Assembly (NCBI GenBank): GCA_963846125.1
Contig: CAWJUR010000001.1
Location: 182,835-246,834, forward strand
DNA: 64,000 bases
Direction of reading: 5' to 3'
Source: an uncultured Acidimicrobiales bacterium
GTDB taxonomy: Bacteria; Actinomycetota; Acidimicrobiia; Acidimicrobiales; UBA8190
Shown here: in pieces, positions 44,034-53,892 of the stretch
Layout: each line of letters opens with the position of its first letter
Position numbering within the stretch: the stretch's first letter is position 1
The notes under the pieces: model-generated
Database searches by the model: none
What the model saw: the letters and a program-made list of their open reading frames with translations, nothing else
What the model was told of the DNA's origin: nothing
Translations under genes and position numbers: made by a program

Positions 44034-44846
44034 TCAGATGACGGCCAGAAGCATCTCTTGGGCGACCGACATGACGATGTGACCATCGGGATTGCGCATC
44101 ACCCCTCGCAGGAGCCCACGTCCTCCGACATTGACCAGCGAGTGAACATCGTAGGAGAGCCACGCGTCGACGCGAGCAGGACGGTGGAACCACACCGCGT
44201 GGTCGAGGCTCACCATCCCCTGCGTGTCACCGTCCAAGTGGAGTGGCCGGCCGCCAACTCCGGTCCAGTCGCTGGCAAAGCCGAGTAGAGCCGTGTGGAG
44301 ATGCGGGTCGACAGGCAGTTCGCCAGGAATACGGCACCACATGCGGTGGGTGGACTCCCGGGTGCCATTTTCCGATGCACGGCTCGGCCCCAAGTGGACG
44401 GCCTCCCATGGACCAGGTCCTGGCTCCACAGACCCGTCGTCGAGGGACGGAAATGTGCTTGGTGCCGGCAGGTCGTAGACATAGCCCTGGGCATCCGAGG
44501 TGAATGAGCACGTCATGTCGAGCACCGCCTTGTCCCCTTGCGTTGCCTGAAGACGCCGAGTTGTGAAGTTGCGCCCCTGGCGCAGATCGGTGACCAGATA
44601 GTCGACGCTGGCATTCGATCTGACCGGCCGCAAGAAGTACGCATGCATCGAATGGATGCGCGTGCCCACCGGAGCATTCCGGCTCGCAGCCATCAGGGCT
44701 TGGGCTACGACGAACCCGCCAAAGAGGTATTCGCCGGGCCATTCCGGCGGTTGCCCGGTCCACCCGCCCGGCGCTGGTTCGAGCGTGAGGAAACGAACGG
44801 TCTGATCGAGTAGTTCCGTGAAATCCGAGCCGGGGCTGTCCACCAT
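44034..44846 (-). CDS. tesB: Acyl-CoA thioesterase II
   Basis: Double hot-dog pattern: YLFGGFVVAQALMAA, HSMHAYFLRP, LLGFASDW and HAVWFHRP. Confidence 0.88.
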   Translation of the reverse strand: MVDSPGSDFTELLDQTVRFLTLEPAPGGWTGQPPEWPGEYLFGGFVVAQALMAASRNAPVGTRIHSMHAYFLRPVRSNASVDYLVTDLRQGRNFTTRRLQATQGDKAVLDMTCSFTSDAQGYVYDLPAPSTFPSLDDGSVEPGPGPWEAVHLGPSRASENGTRESTHRMWCRIPGELPVDPHLHTALLGFASDWTGVGGRPLHLDGDTQGMVSLDHAVWFHRPARVDAWLSYDVHSLVNVGGRGLLRGVMRNPDGHIVMSVAQEMLLAVI

Positions 44847-44913
44847 TGACCACGGAGACTACGAGTCGGTAGATCCCTGCTTCCAGTGTTGAGCCTGGGG
44901 TGGCGTTCGCATG

Positions 44914-45474
44914 TCAGTTGTCGGACAGAGCGACCCGGGCAAGAGCCTCGACCGGGGCAATGGCTCCGGGCCCTTGAGCCGCCACTATGGTTCGGCTCGC
45001 ATTCGAATACGCATTCACGATCGAGCGGCCGGCGATGGTCGAGCCAAATGCCCCATCACCAACGCCGGAGATCTTCGGCATCGCAGGCGCCCCGGGGGCA
45101 TTGGTGACCTGCCCAGCGAAGACCGTTGCGCTCTGGTGCGCAAAGATCGCGACGGCGGCAATTCCGGCGGCACTGGTATATCTGCAGACGACACCGCCGC
45201 CCGCCGTTGGGGTCGCAACGGGGCCGCTGTAGGAGGCAGCGAGCGCAGCATTGGCTTGAGCCAGCGTTGGGCACGTTGCGGCGCCCGTCGTTGCCGCCGC
45301 TGTAGTTGGCGTGCTCCCCGGTGACGCGGTGGTCGCTGACGGAGTGGTCGTTGACGGGGTGGTCGTGGGCGCGGACGTTTGGCTCGCGCTTGGGGTGCTG
45401 CCCCCTGAGCTGCAGCCCGCCAGAACCAGGCCGACTATCAAGACGCCAGTCACCAAACAGCCTCGATTGTTCAT
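44914..45474 (-). CDS. Probable lipoprotein (hypothetical)
   Basis: MNNRGCLVTGVLIVGLVLAGCSSGG carries a lipobox (LAGC), followed by an S/T/P linker. ATG 45474 lies within ORF 44914..45561. Confidence 0.7.
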   Translation of the reverse strand: MNNRGCLVTGVLIVGLVLAGCSSGGSTPSASQTSAPTTTPSTTTPSATTASPGSTPTTAAATTGAATCPTLAQANAALAASYSGPVATPTAGGGVVCRYTSAAGIAAVAIFAHQSATVFAGQVTNAPGAPAMPKISGVGDGAFGSTIAGRSIVNAYSNASRTIVAAQGPGAIAPVEALARVALSDN

Positions 45475-45945
45475 GATTCGAGCATACGCCGCCCCCATGA
45501 CACGGTGGATTGGGCCCAAGCGCCCCGAACATTCGGGCTCCCGACATCGATCGAAGGACACGAGCGGAAGATGCCATGGGCGCGACTCGATCGCCTCGAT
45601 GGGGATGACAACGTCCCTGCCAGACTTCGAGCCAAGTCCTTCGCGTGGACGACCGGGTCAAGCGGCGGGAAGCTCAGCCCATCGCCGATTGAGCGCCTGC
45701 CCACCCATCGGAACTGCCAGGTCTGATCGGTGCCCGGAGGACTCCGCTAGATAGGAACCCCAAGATCGCTCCGAGGCGTGATTTGTGGGCGGGTTGTCAT
45801 CGAGGGGCGAAATGCCATCTCCGAAAGGGCAATCGGTGCGCCCGAGGGATATTGCCGGTAAGAGGCCGCGGGCGCACCCGTTCAAGAAGATTGTCGGTTG
45901 CGCCGATTATCCAGGCATGGGCCTTCCCCGGACGGAGAAAGAGCG

Positions 45946-46614
45946 GTGACGCACGAACGCCCTCGGCAGCGGCTCGTGGTCGTCGGGTTGCTCGCTTGCA
46001 TTGTGCTCGGGTTGGTGGGTGTGAACGCTTGGGCCTTCGTCGGACACGACACGCCCCGGGTCGTCGCCTTGCCGACCGCTGCGCAACCCCCCGCTGACCC
46101 CACCGCACACACGTCAACTCCGACAACGACCGTCGAGCCGGTCTCGCCGACGGTGATCATGGCGACAACAGTGCCATCCGAAACGACGATTTCGCCTCGT
46201 TACGTGCCGTCGCCCACTGTGCCCACGACTCCTCTCACCACGAAGCCTCCGACTACCGTGGCCCCGACCACCACCACGGTCGCGAGAACGGTCAGCTTGC
46301 ACATCTCGCCGTCTACGGGGACCTTTCCTGCGCTTCCTCCCCCGTATTGGCCCATGCCGATCGTGCCCGTCACCATCACCAACACCGGTGGAGTGGCGGT
46401 CACTTCCATCGTCGTCCATCCAGTCGGCGTCTACAGCATTCCGTCAAACACCTGTACATCGACGCTGATGCCAGGGCAGAGCTGCGGCGCCCAGGTCCAA
46501 TTCTGCCCAACCTCGCCGGGCCACTATCTCAACACTCTGCTGGTCACTGGCCACCAAGCCGTCACCGGTTCGCCCTTGCAAGCCAGCATCACGTTGGACG
46601 GGACCGCAACCTAA
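45946..46614 (+). CDS. Membrane-anchored protein with a Pro/Thr linker and a C-terminal choice-of-anchor-D-like (ASH/Ig-like) domain
   Basis: GTG 45946 has GGAGAAAGAG upstream. A TM helix (LVVVGLLACIVLGLVGV) is followed by the C-terminal ITNTGGVAVTSIVV...CTSTLMPGQSCGAQVQFCPTSPGHY pattern. Confidence 0.65.
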   Translation: MTHERPRQRLVVVGLLACIVLGLVGVNAWAFVGHDTPRVVALPTAAQPPADPTAHTSTPTTTVEPVSPTVIMATTVPSETTISPRYVPSPTVPTTPLTTKPPTTVAPTTTTVARTVSLHISPSTGTFPALPPPYWPMPIVPVTITNTGGVAVTSIVVHPVGVYSIPSNTCTSTLMPGQSCGAQVQFCPTSPGHYLNTLLVTGHQAVTGSPLQASITLDGTAT

Positions 46615-46708
46615 GATCCAGGATCCGGGCACAGGCTCAAAGGCTCACGAGCGCCCTCATCATCGCTGGCCAGCTCCCAAATGGGTCTCGCTTTGTTACT
46701 CTGCCGTT

Positions 46709-47851
46709 GTGACTGAGCACGTGGTAGTCCTCGGAGCTGGGTTCGGTGGTCTCGAGCTGATATCGGGGCTGTCCGAGGCGATTCCCGACAAGCTACGGAT
46801 CACGCTCATCGACAAGAACGATGCTTTCATGTTCGGGTTCTCGAAGCTCGATGTCATGTTCGGTCGCCGCCAGGCCCACGAGGTCTGGAACCCGTATCGA
46901 ACGATCGATAAGCCTGGCGTGGAGTTCCGGCAAGAGACGGTCATCTCGATTGATCCGGAGCATCGCAGAGTCGTCACGAACGCAGGGACCTACGACGCCG
47001 ATATCCTCGTGGTCGCGCTCGGTGCCGACTATGACATGGCGGCCACACCAGGGCTGGCGGAGGATGGGCACGAATTCTATTCCTTTGCCGGCGCCGAGCG
47101 AGCCCGAGACGCGCTTGCCGCGTTCAACGGTGGCGGCGTCATCGTGGGCGTGCTCGGTCCGTTCTTCAAGTGCCCTGGAGCGCCGATCGAGACCGCCCTA
47201 TTGGTGGACCACTATCTGTCCAACCGCGGACTACGAGAATCGTCGACGATTCATCTTGTCAGTCCGATGCCGGCACCCATTCCGATCTCGCAGAGAACAT
47301 CGTCGGCACTGAGGGCGATCCTCGAGGAACACGGCGTCGAGTACTGGCCCGGGTCGAAGGTGGTCCGTCTTGATCCCGAGCAGCATGTCGCTCATACCGA
47401 CGATGGGCGTGTGTTGCCCTATGACCTCTTCTTGGGTATCCCGGTGCACTGTGCTCCCGAAGTCGTTGCAACGTCGGAGCTCGTCGAGGATGGTTGGATC
47501 CCGGTTGATCCGGCCACCTTCGCCACGAGGTTCCCCAACGTCTTTGCCATCGGCGACGTGACGAGCGCGCCGGTTCCACGCGCCGGGGGGATCGCCGAGG
47601 GCGAGGCGGCCACCCTCGCCAAGGTGCTCATTTCGAAGCTCACCAACACCGACGACCCGCTCCCATACGACGGTGCCGCCGGGTGCTATGTAGAGCTGGG
47701 CGATGACATGGTGGGGCGCATAGACGTCAACTTCCTGTCGTACGACACCCCGGTCGCAAAATTTACTGCTCCGAATCCTGCGCTCTCGGAGGAGAAGCGC
47801 CAATGGGAATCCACGCGTGTGCATCGGTGGTTCGGACCAAAGGTCCTCTGA
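46709..47851 (+). CDS. FAD-dependent pyridine-nucleotide-disulfide oxidoreductase (sulfide:quinone oxidoreductase / NDH-2-like)
   Basis: VVVLGAGFGGLE dinucleotide fold, FFKCPGAPIE, and AIGDVTS. Confidence 0.85.
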   Translation: MTEHVVVLGAGFGGLELISGLSEAIPDKLRITLIDKNDAFMFGFSKLDVMFGRRQAHEVWNPYRTIDKPGVEFRQETVISIDPEHRRVVTNAGTYDADILVVALGADYDMAATPGLAEDGHEFYSFAGAERARDALAAFNGGGVIVGVLGPFFKCPGAPIETALLVDHYLSNRGLRESSTIHLVSPMPAPIPISQRTSSALRAILEEHGVEYWPGSKVVRLDPEQHVAHTDDGRVLPYDLFLGIPVHCAPEVVATSELVEDGWIPVDPATFATRFPNVFAIGDVTSAPVPRAGGIAEGEAATLAKVLISKLTNTDDPLPYDGAAGCYVELGDDMVGRIDVNFLSYDTPVAKFTAPNPALSEEKRQWESTRVHRWFGPKVL

Positions 47852-47909
47852 CCTCGGACCTCCGAGCATCACGGTCGCTCGTCGGCACGGCTGACGCCGG
47901 CGAGCCCGC

Positions 47910-48458
47910 CTAGAAGACAAAGGGTACGAGCATCTTGGTCGAGCGCCGATACGCCGGGTAGGTCTCGGGGAACTGCTTGGCCATGTTGCGCTCTTCGACG
48001 GTTGCGCTGTAGATGAAGTAGACGCCCGCTAGAACCACGACAATCAACGACAGCCAGCTAAGGGCCACAGCCGTGCCGATCCCCGCGCAGAGGATGCCCG
48101 AATAGATGGGGTGTCGGACAAGGTGGTACGGACCACTGGTCACGAGCTCTGGGTCGTCCTTTTGCGACATCGGTGAGCCCCAGTTGCGCCCGATGTGCAC
48201 TCGCGCCCAGATCGCGAAACCCAACCCGAGCGCGAAAAGGACAAGTCCGACGCTGGCGCGCCATGGATCTGTGTTCAGCCCGCCGCCCCGGAAGGCCCCA
48301 AAGCGGACCAAGACGATCGCAAGGACGGCTACGAGCGCCCTGATTCGCAACTCGCGGGCCCACGGGACATGCCCTCTCTTCGAAGAGAAGGCCGCCACGA
48401 GCCAGTAGATCCAGAACGCCGCCCACCCTATGGCGAAGACAAGCTCCACTGCTTGCAT
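47910..48458 (-). CDS. Isoprenylcysteine carboxyl methyltransferase (ICMT)/phospholipid methyltransferase-family membrane protein
   Basis: LVTSGPYHLVRHPIYSGIL and EERNMAKQFPETYPAYRRSTKMLVP are the ICMT-family C-terminal motifs. Confidence 0.85.
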   Translation of the reverse strand: MQAVELVFAIGWAAFWIYWLVAAFSSKRGHVPWARELRIRALVAVLAIVLVRFGAFRGGGLNTDPWRASVGLVLFALGLGFAIWARVHIGRNWGSPMSQKDDPELVTSGPYHLVRHPIYSGILCAGIGTAVALSWLSLIVVVLAGVYFIYSATVEERNMAKQFPETYPAYRRSTKMLVPFVF

Positions 48459-48624
48459 GTGACTCAGGCTTCCACCAGTGCGTGGCTGCGCGCAACGGGG
48501 AGCCGCAGACTGCGTCCCAGGTACAAACCCACTTTTAGCATGCGCACCTGGCCAATGTCGTTGGGATGGCCGCTACCCCTGATGTCTGGTGGCATGCTCA
48601 AGAGGACCCAAGGAGGACAGGAAG

Positions 48625-49062
48625 ATGATTGACAATCCCATAGCGAATCCAGTCAAGACACGTCACCACATAGGTCAAGCAATCAGTATTCGCGGGCTGC
48701 GAGCCGAGGTCACTCGGGCAGATGGATTGAACGCAAAAATCGCGGTCTTCCTCACCAACATTGTCGGATCAATGTGGTGTGCCTACGTGTTTGCGGGCAT
48801 CGCTCTGATTGGACTACCACCAGCACTTAGGCCCGGAGGCGAAGGCATCATCGCATGGATCGCACAAACCTTCCTTCAACTTGTCTTGCTCTCAGTCATC
48901 ATGGTTGGTCAGAACGTGCAGAGCGTGGCCAGTGATCTCCGGTCTCAGCACACCTATGACGACACGGTGCAAATTCTTGACAGGCTCGATATACACACCG
49001 ATGGTGGCATCAAGGATTTGGCTGACCGGATCGACGGCCTGGAAGCAAGCATCACCAGTTAA
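48625..49062 (+). CDS. DUF1003-like membrane protein
   Basis: ATG 48625 has AAGGAGGA upstream. Two TM helices are followed by IMVGQNVQSVASDLRSQHTYDDTVQILDRLD, which resembles the DUF1003 core. Confidence 0.6.
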   Translation: MIDNPIANPVKTRHHIGQAISIRGLRAEVTRADGLNAKIAVFLTNIVGSMWCAYVFAGIALIGLPPALRPGGEGIIAWIAQTFLQLVLLSVIMVGQNVQSVASDLRSQHTYDDTVQILDRLDIHTDGGIKDLADRIDGLEASITS

Positions 49063-49479
49063 TGCGACGACGTTCTTACCACCTGGCCCCTCGTGTCGAT
49101 CGAACTGTTGCCGTTCACATTTCACCCTCTCGGTCATCTCCTGTGGATGGACAAGAGAAGTGTGTCACCCGCTCTTGTCCCAGCGGGACACAGGATCCGC
49201 GCCTCGATCACTTGGGAGAGCCGGATCGAGGCCCTCAACCGACTCCCTGAGCACGGTGGCAACGCCAGGCGATGAGGAGAAAGAGGTGTCAGACACCTCG
49301 TTCCGCGAGCCACCCCCCGGTGCTAAGCGTCACTATTCGCGCCCCGATCCAGACATGACCGACGAGGAAATAGACGAGTGGGCGGAACAGTCTGTGGATG
49401 CAATTTTGGGTGATGCCGCCGAGCAAGTAGATCAACCGGGATGACTCCTGCGGTCAAGCCGCTCCCAGAATTTCGTGCC

Positions 49480-49824
49480 TCAGGTCCCAGGAGTGCCAGG
49501 CCGAGGTGAAATGAGAGTAGTGCTGTTGGGGCCAAAACAGACAAAGACTTCGTGGGTGCCCGGGACCACTCTCGGTACGAACTCGCCGTTGACCACCTGG
49601 ACTCCCGCCGCGCAATACGGGGGCTGGCCGGATTTAGTGGTCGAGTGAGCCGTGGTCCAGTTGACTGGCGAGTTCAAGCCGCCACCGGTGAAGTTCGTAA
49701 TTCGGTTGAGAGCCGCCACGAGCTTCTTCTGCGTCAGGTTCCGTCCCACCGACTTCAAGCCAGACACGAATAGGGCCGCTGAGAGCCAACCGTCGAGGGC
49801 CACCTCGTCATAGATCGCCTCAAC
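49480..49824 (-). pseudogene. C-terminal fragment of an ABC-transporter substrate-binding protein (LivJ/branched-chain amino-acid type)
   Basis: IYDEVALDGWLSAALFVSGLKSVGRNLTQKKLVAALNRITNFTGGGL...PYCAAGVQVVNGEFVPV matches only the last 110 aa or so of that family. An in-frame TGA lies immediately upstream (49825..49827), and there is no N-terminal part or signal peptide. Confidence 0.65.
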
Positions 49825-50362
49825 TCATGAATTGGACCTTGCTGTCGGGGTCAAGCTACAAGATCAGACCTGATCACGCCCGCCCCCTCCAGTACCAGAT
49901 CGGAAGGAGAGAAGACACATGGACTTGACGAATCGTGATGGTGGCGCGACTCCGCAGCGGTCCAGTCGGGAGGATGCGGACGGTCTGCGAGAGGCGATCA
50001 AGGCCAGGCGGCGGGGTGACACTTGAGGCTGATGTTTTGAGGGTGGCCGGAAGATGCGGGCCAGTGACTCGGACTCGGCTTATGCTGCTCGAAGGCGTAG
50101 TAGAACAACCTGCAAGGAGTAAGCGCACTGCAAGGGTAGCGGTAGGGTGGTCGGGCTCGCCTTTTGATGCGTGGTTGGGCCTTAGGTATTCGTTGATCGC
50201 CAGTTGCACAGGGGTATGCGAGTGAAGGGGCGGTCACCACTCGGCTCAGGATGGTAGTACCCCGATGAAGACACATGGCTGCTTCATTGGTGGGAGCACG
50301 AATCGCGATCACCATAGAGAAATTGGATGTTGGACGAACCACATCCAGATTGAAGGAGCATC

Positions 50363-51262
50363 GTGGGAGCACTTCGCAAATCGACCATTGTGGCAGCAGC
50401 AGTCATCGGCCTGCTCGCCGTACCGCTTGTCACTCCTACGTTGGCCGCTGCCGCCACGACCCCGAGCGCCACCACAATCTCGACAACGAACAGCCCATTC
50501 GGCAAGATCCTCGTCGTCGGCTCAGGTAAATACCAGGGATATACCGTCTATCTCCTCACTTCGGACAATCCACCATCGTTTGCCTGCACGACCACTGTCC
50601 ACCAGCTTCCTCCTGGCCCCATCGCGTGCACCGGGCCTGAGGGCAGCCAATCTGAATGGCCCGCCGTCACCACCACGGGAACGCCGGTCGCGGGCAACGG
50701 CGTGAAGCAAAGTCTTCTCGGGACCGTGTTCCGCTCCGACCTCGGGTCCGATCAAGTGACTTATGCCGGGCACCCCCTGTACCTCTTCGACATGGGCGCA
50801 GGGCAGATCACCGGCGAGGGTTGGGATGAGCCGGGTCTGCCGCCATGGCATGGGGTGTGGTACGTGGTGTCGCCGAAGGGATCACCAGTACCCTGGGCGG
50901 GAACTCTGACGACCAGCACCATCCGAGGAAAGACCGTTCTTAGCGCCCAAATGGAGACGCTCGCCGGATGGATCTCGTTCCCGGTCTACAGCTACAACAA
51001 GAGCACGTGCAGCGGTGCGTGTGCCCGGGCATGGCCACCGCTCCTCACCGCTGGAACACCCGGGACGTCCGGTCAAGTCAAAGCGAGCGCCCTCGGATCC
51101 CGAAAGACAGCCAGTGGAATGAGCCAAGTCACCTACCACGGACACGCGCTGTACCTCTACGGCGATGAAACGCCAAGCCTCGACAGTGGGCAAATCGTGC
51201 CGGTGGGTAACGGCAACGGTAAGAAAGTGGCAGGAGGATCCTTCAATCTAGTCTCTCCCTAG
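50363..51262 (+). CDS. Secreted protein with two PF03640 (lipoprotein_15 / COG4315) repeats
   Basis: GTG start with GAAGGAG upstream and a signal peptide. The repeats are QVTYAGHPLYLFDMG and QVTYHGHALYLYGDE, with conserved Cys pairs. Confidence 0.8.
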   Translation: MGALRKSTIVAAAVIGLLAVPLVTPTLAAAATTPSATTISTTNSPFGKILVVGSGKYQGYTVYLLTSDNPPSFACTTTVHQLPPGPIACTGPEGSQSEWPAVTTTGTPVAGNGVKQSLLGTVFRSDLGSDQVTYAGHPLYLFDMGAGQITGEGWDEPGLPPWHGVWYVVSPKGSPVPWAGTLTTSTIRGKTVLSAQMETLAGWISFPVYSYNKSTCSGACARAWPPLLTAGTPGTSGQVKASALGSRKTASGMSQVTYHGHALYLYGDETPSLDSGQIVPVGNGNGKKVAGGSFNLVSP

Positions 51263-51379
51263 TGCCCTCACGATGTGAGCGCGACAACAAAGTGTGCGGT
51301 GGCCTGAGGCCATCGATCTTTACCGTCGCATCATGGAGTGTTGTAGCGACGGAGGTGCCAACGTGGAACCGCATAGCTA

Positions 51380-51485
51380 GTGTTTGAGCGATTCACCGAC
51401 AGTGCTCTCGAGTTCTGGTCCTCGCTCAGGAGGTAGCGCTACATAGCGCGCAGCGGCGGATCAGCAAGACCGGGTTCAGTTCATA
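51380..51485 (+). pseudogene. Second, highly degenerate Clp_N-like relic
   Basis: GTG TTT GAG CGA TTC ACC GAC gives VFERFTDSA. After a 1-nt slip this continues SRVLVLAQEVALHSAQRRI (compare FERFTDRARRVLVLAQEEARQMNH at 41375). It is about 65 percent identical at the nucleotide level by eye, and stops follow. Confidence 0.45.
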
Positions 51486-51706
51486 AACCAATCAGCAGTT
51501 CGTTCAGCCCCACTCTTACGTCGCCGGTGACGACGTTTGTGGCAGTCCCGACAAATCGCCCTGATGTCGTTGGGATGCTCTCGGCCAAAACGTCCGTACG
51601 TAAGGTGATGCACATCGAAACGTGTCGTCGGCTTGCCACAGTCACGGCAGCGTCCGGCGGCTTTAGCGATGGCAAACAGGCTCCAGCCCCCAAAGGACCT
51701 TTGGCT
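51476..51706 (-). pseudogene. HNH endonuclease fragment lacking a start codon
   Basis: A reverse-strand frame not listed in the ORF track reads ...GWSLFAIAKAAGRCRDCGKPTTRFDVHHLTYGRFGREHPNDIRAICRDCHKRRHRRR.... This is a CxxC...HH...N...CxxCH HNH/zinc-finger core. The frame is bounded upstream by TAG (51707..51709) and contains no ATG, GTG or TTG. Confidence 0.55.
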
Positions 51707-51771
51707 CTATCAGCCTTCCGGCGGGCGGAGTAGCACAGTATGGAGGGAGATTCGACAGGAAGGGGGCCGCG

Positions 51772-51984
51772 ATGCAGAAGACAATGAGTCGCGCTGAAGA
51801 AGCGGGTCAGCTCAGTGACGCCGAGTTTGATGACATCGAACGCGAGCTGAGTTGCTCGACTCGGGAGGCTGGTGTGGGGTTCGCTCCATTCACGAATCTC
51901 GACTTCATGCGGGCAGCGATGGAGTACGCCCAGATTCGAGCCGGAAAGGACAAGGAAGCGAACCAGGTCAACACGCATCGTTGA
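51772..51984 (+). CDS. Small hypothetical protein (70 aa)
   Basis: ATG preceded by AGGAAGGGGG. Acidic, helical-looking sequence. Confidence 0.45.
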   Translation: MQKTMSRAEEAGQLSDAEFDDIERELSCSTREAGVGFAPFTNLDFMRAAMEYAQIRAGKDKEANQVNTHR

Positions 51985-52242
51985 TCCGCGATCGGGCTGC
52001 GGGCTGGCATTTCGTAACCAACGCGAATACCGGTTGGTCAGACCGTCAGGTGGATGGAACTGGAGCGCATATCTGGCATGTGCGAGTTGCTACCTCACTG
52101 TCGAGGCTCTGCTCGAAACTACTGCTTGATATATCGGCCAGGGCGACCACTCCAACTCCAGTTGTGGAGCGAGATCAACTGGCACCCGCGGCTGATCGAA
52201 CTCTCGCCCTTTTGATGACGAGGTTGCGACGCTAGGGCGTGG

Positions 52243-52797
52243 CTAGGGGCAGCGCTCGGCGACAATGGGGGCCACATACCGTGCTGCCACAACCCCCTCT
52301 GGGCTCCCTTCGGGCGCCGCCAGGGCGAACTCGACCGAGTCCAGAAGCGTTCGTTTTGTGACGGGCATTCGGGTGGCCCCCCAGCGGCCCTCAAACACGG
52401 GAGCAAACAGTGTTAGTGCCTCCGCTGGAGCCTCGATGATAAACGGGGTTTCAGGGTGTTCGTAACGGTGCGCGTAGACGACTTCCCGCGAGCGCTTACT
52501 GTCAAGAGCGAGCGAGGTCACCACAACGTCGGCATACAAGACCAGATCACATAGCCCGCATTCAACGAGCGGACACCGCCGTGGTCGTAAGCCTTCGGGA
52601 CCGGGGCACCACGACACCTCGTACCCGCTTTCTTCAAGAACCCGCCAGGACGCATGGGCCTTGACCACGTCCGGCTCCTCGATGAGTACGTGGGGTCGGG
52701 GGTGTTCAGTTCCGATGGCGCGACATCGGGGATGCCAATGGCGGGCAAAATCCCTCCCGAGCCACTTGTGATTCCACATGGCCACCCTCCTTGCCAC
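52243..52797 (-). CDS. Hypothetical protein (184 aa)
   Basis: ATG ORF, last of three co-oriented genes. I recognise no family. Confidence 0.45.
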   Translation of the reverse strand: MARRVAMWNHKWLGRDFARHWHPRCRAIGTEHPRPHVLIEEPDVVKAHASWRVLEESGYEVSWCPGPEGLRPRRCPLVECGLCDLVLYADVVVTSLALDSKRSREVVYAHRYEHPETPFIIEAPAEALTLFAPVFEGRWGATRMPVTKRTLLDSVEFALAAPEGSPEGVVAARYVAPIVAERCP

Positions 52798-52824
52798 CGC
52801 CCGACCTAGTCTCCTCTGGCATCA

Positions 52825-53193
52825 TCAACCCAGACCTTGGTACGCAGTAGAGGCTTTCGTCCCAGACTCCTGATCGACTCGCGAGACCTCATCCTCGCTC
52901 GGGAACTCCACCGCCAGCCACCACATCGAGCTGCCATAGACCGTCTTATGCACGTTGCTCGACACCGGCACAGGGCGTTCGGTCATTCCGGGCGGCAAAG
53001 CTGGTGCGTAGCCGTCCACATTGACGGCATTGTGCTTCCTCGCCCAAATCGCCAACCTGGCCAAGTACTCCGTTGCCTCCTGGTTCACCGGTTCCGACTC
53101 CACATTCTGAGGCCACGGTTCGGTCCGTCTTGGAGCGTCGAGGCCTAGGAACTCCCCCTTGGCATTGAGGAACTTCCCCCACTGCGCCCACAA
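52825..53193 (-). CDS. Hypothetical protein (122 aa)
   Basis: ATG ORF 9 nt downstream of the HTH gene. Confidence 0.45.
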   Translation of the reverse strand: MWAQWGKFLNAKGEFLGLDAPRRTEPWPQNVESEPVNQEATEYLARLAIWARKHNAVNVDGYAPALPPGMTERPVPVSSNVHKTVYGSSMWWLAVEFPSEDEVSRVDQESGTKASTAYQGLG

Positions 53194-53201
53194 GTCTTTC
53201 G

Positions 53202-53496
53202 TCAGTGGCGGAGGTCTTCACCGGGAACAGTTTCACCCATGACCCAAGGTCGCAGGATGTCCGAAGAGTCGTCGACGTCATCGAGAACATCTCGACGGTG
53301 TTGTTCGAGGTCGCAGTCACCTCGTCGACGCTCCCGGGCAGCCTCAAAGACCCTTTGACACTGACTGATCGACAGACCCACTTGTGCTGCGATCTCCCGA
53401 TAGGGACGCCCGTCGACGCGAAGACGAACGACATCACCATCACGCGTCTGCCGGTCAATCTCGTTCTGAGTTAGGGCAAGCGTCATAAGATCATTG
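53202..53496 (-). CDS. Small helix-turn-helix DNA-binding protein (LuxR/sigma-region-4-like HTH)
   Basis: MTLALTQNEIDRQTRDGDVVRLRVDGRPYREIAAQVGLSISQCQRVFEAARERRR. I chose ATG 53496. The longer ORF to 53708 merely translates the 8-bp repeat array. Confidence 0.6.
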
Positions 53497-53529
53497 TGGT
53501 GTCCATTGAGACCTTCGTGTGGGAATGGA

Positions 53530-53564
53530 TTTCCCGCGGGTGAGCACGGTTTCCCGCGAGGTGA
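53530..53564. promoter_or_regulatory. Two 15-bp direct repeats (TTTCCCGCGNGGTGA) with 20-bp spacing upstream of the HTH gene; candidate operator
   Basis: tttcccgcgggtgag at 53530..53544 and tttcccgcgaggtga at 53550..53564, which is 34-68 bp upstream of ATG 53496. Confidence 0.35.
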
Positions 53565-53595
53565 CGCAGTCGGGAGTTGCACCGAGGGCCGCGAC

Positions 53596-53651
53596 GGGAT
53601 AACGGGATAACGGGATAACGGGATAACGGGATAACGGGATAACGGGATAAC
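53596..53651. repeat. Seven perfect tandem copies of the octamer GGGATAAC, plus one degenerate copy
   Basis: Read directly: 53596..53651, followed by ggataagt. Confidence 0.97.
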
Positions 53652-53892
53652 GGATAAGTACGGGTTCCTGTCCGCGTCTTTCAGCTTTGATATCCCCCCG
53701 TTCGTCAAGAGCGCGACCGCCGCTCTCCGCTATTAGCACGCCACCGAGGATCGTGACCGAGCCCTCGCCGATGCTCTCGGGAAACTGGCCAAGCGCACGA
53801 AGGTTGTTCCGCTGAGACGGACACAGGACGGACGAAGTCCGAAGGTGGCAGCGTCTGGTCTTGCGAACTAGCCCAGCCACCTGCGGATACGC

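Noticed and set aside
53596-53651. The octamer array as a CRISPR array.
   Set aside because: The units are 8 bp and directly abut one another without spacers, and no cas genes are present. It is a simple tandem repeat.
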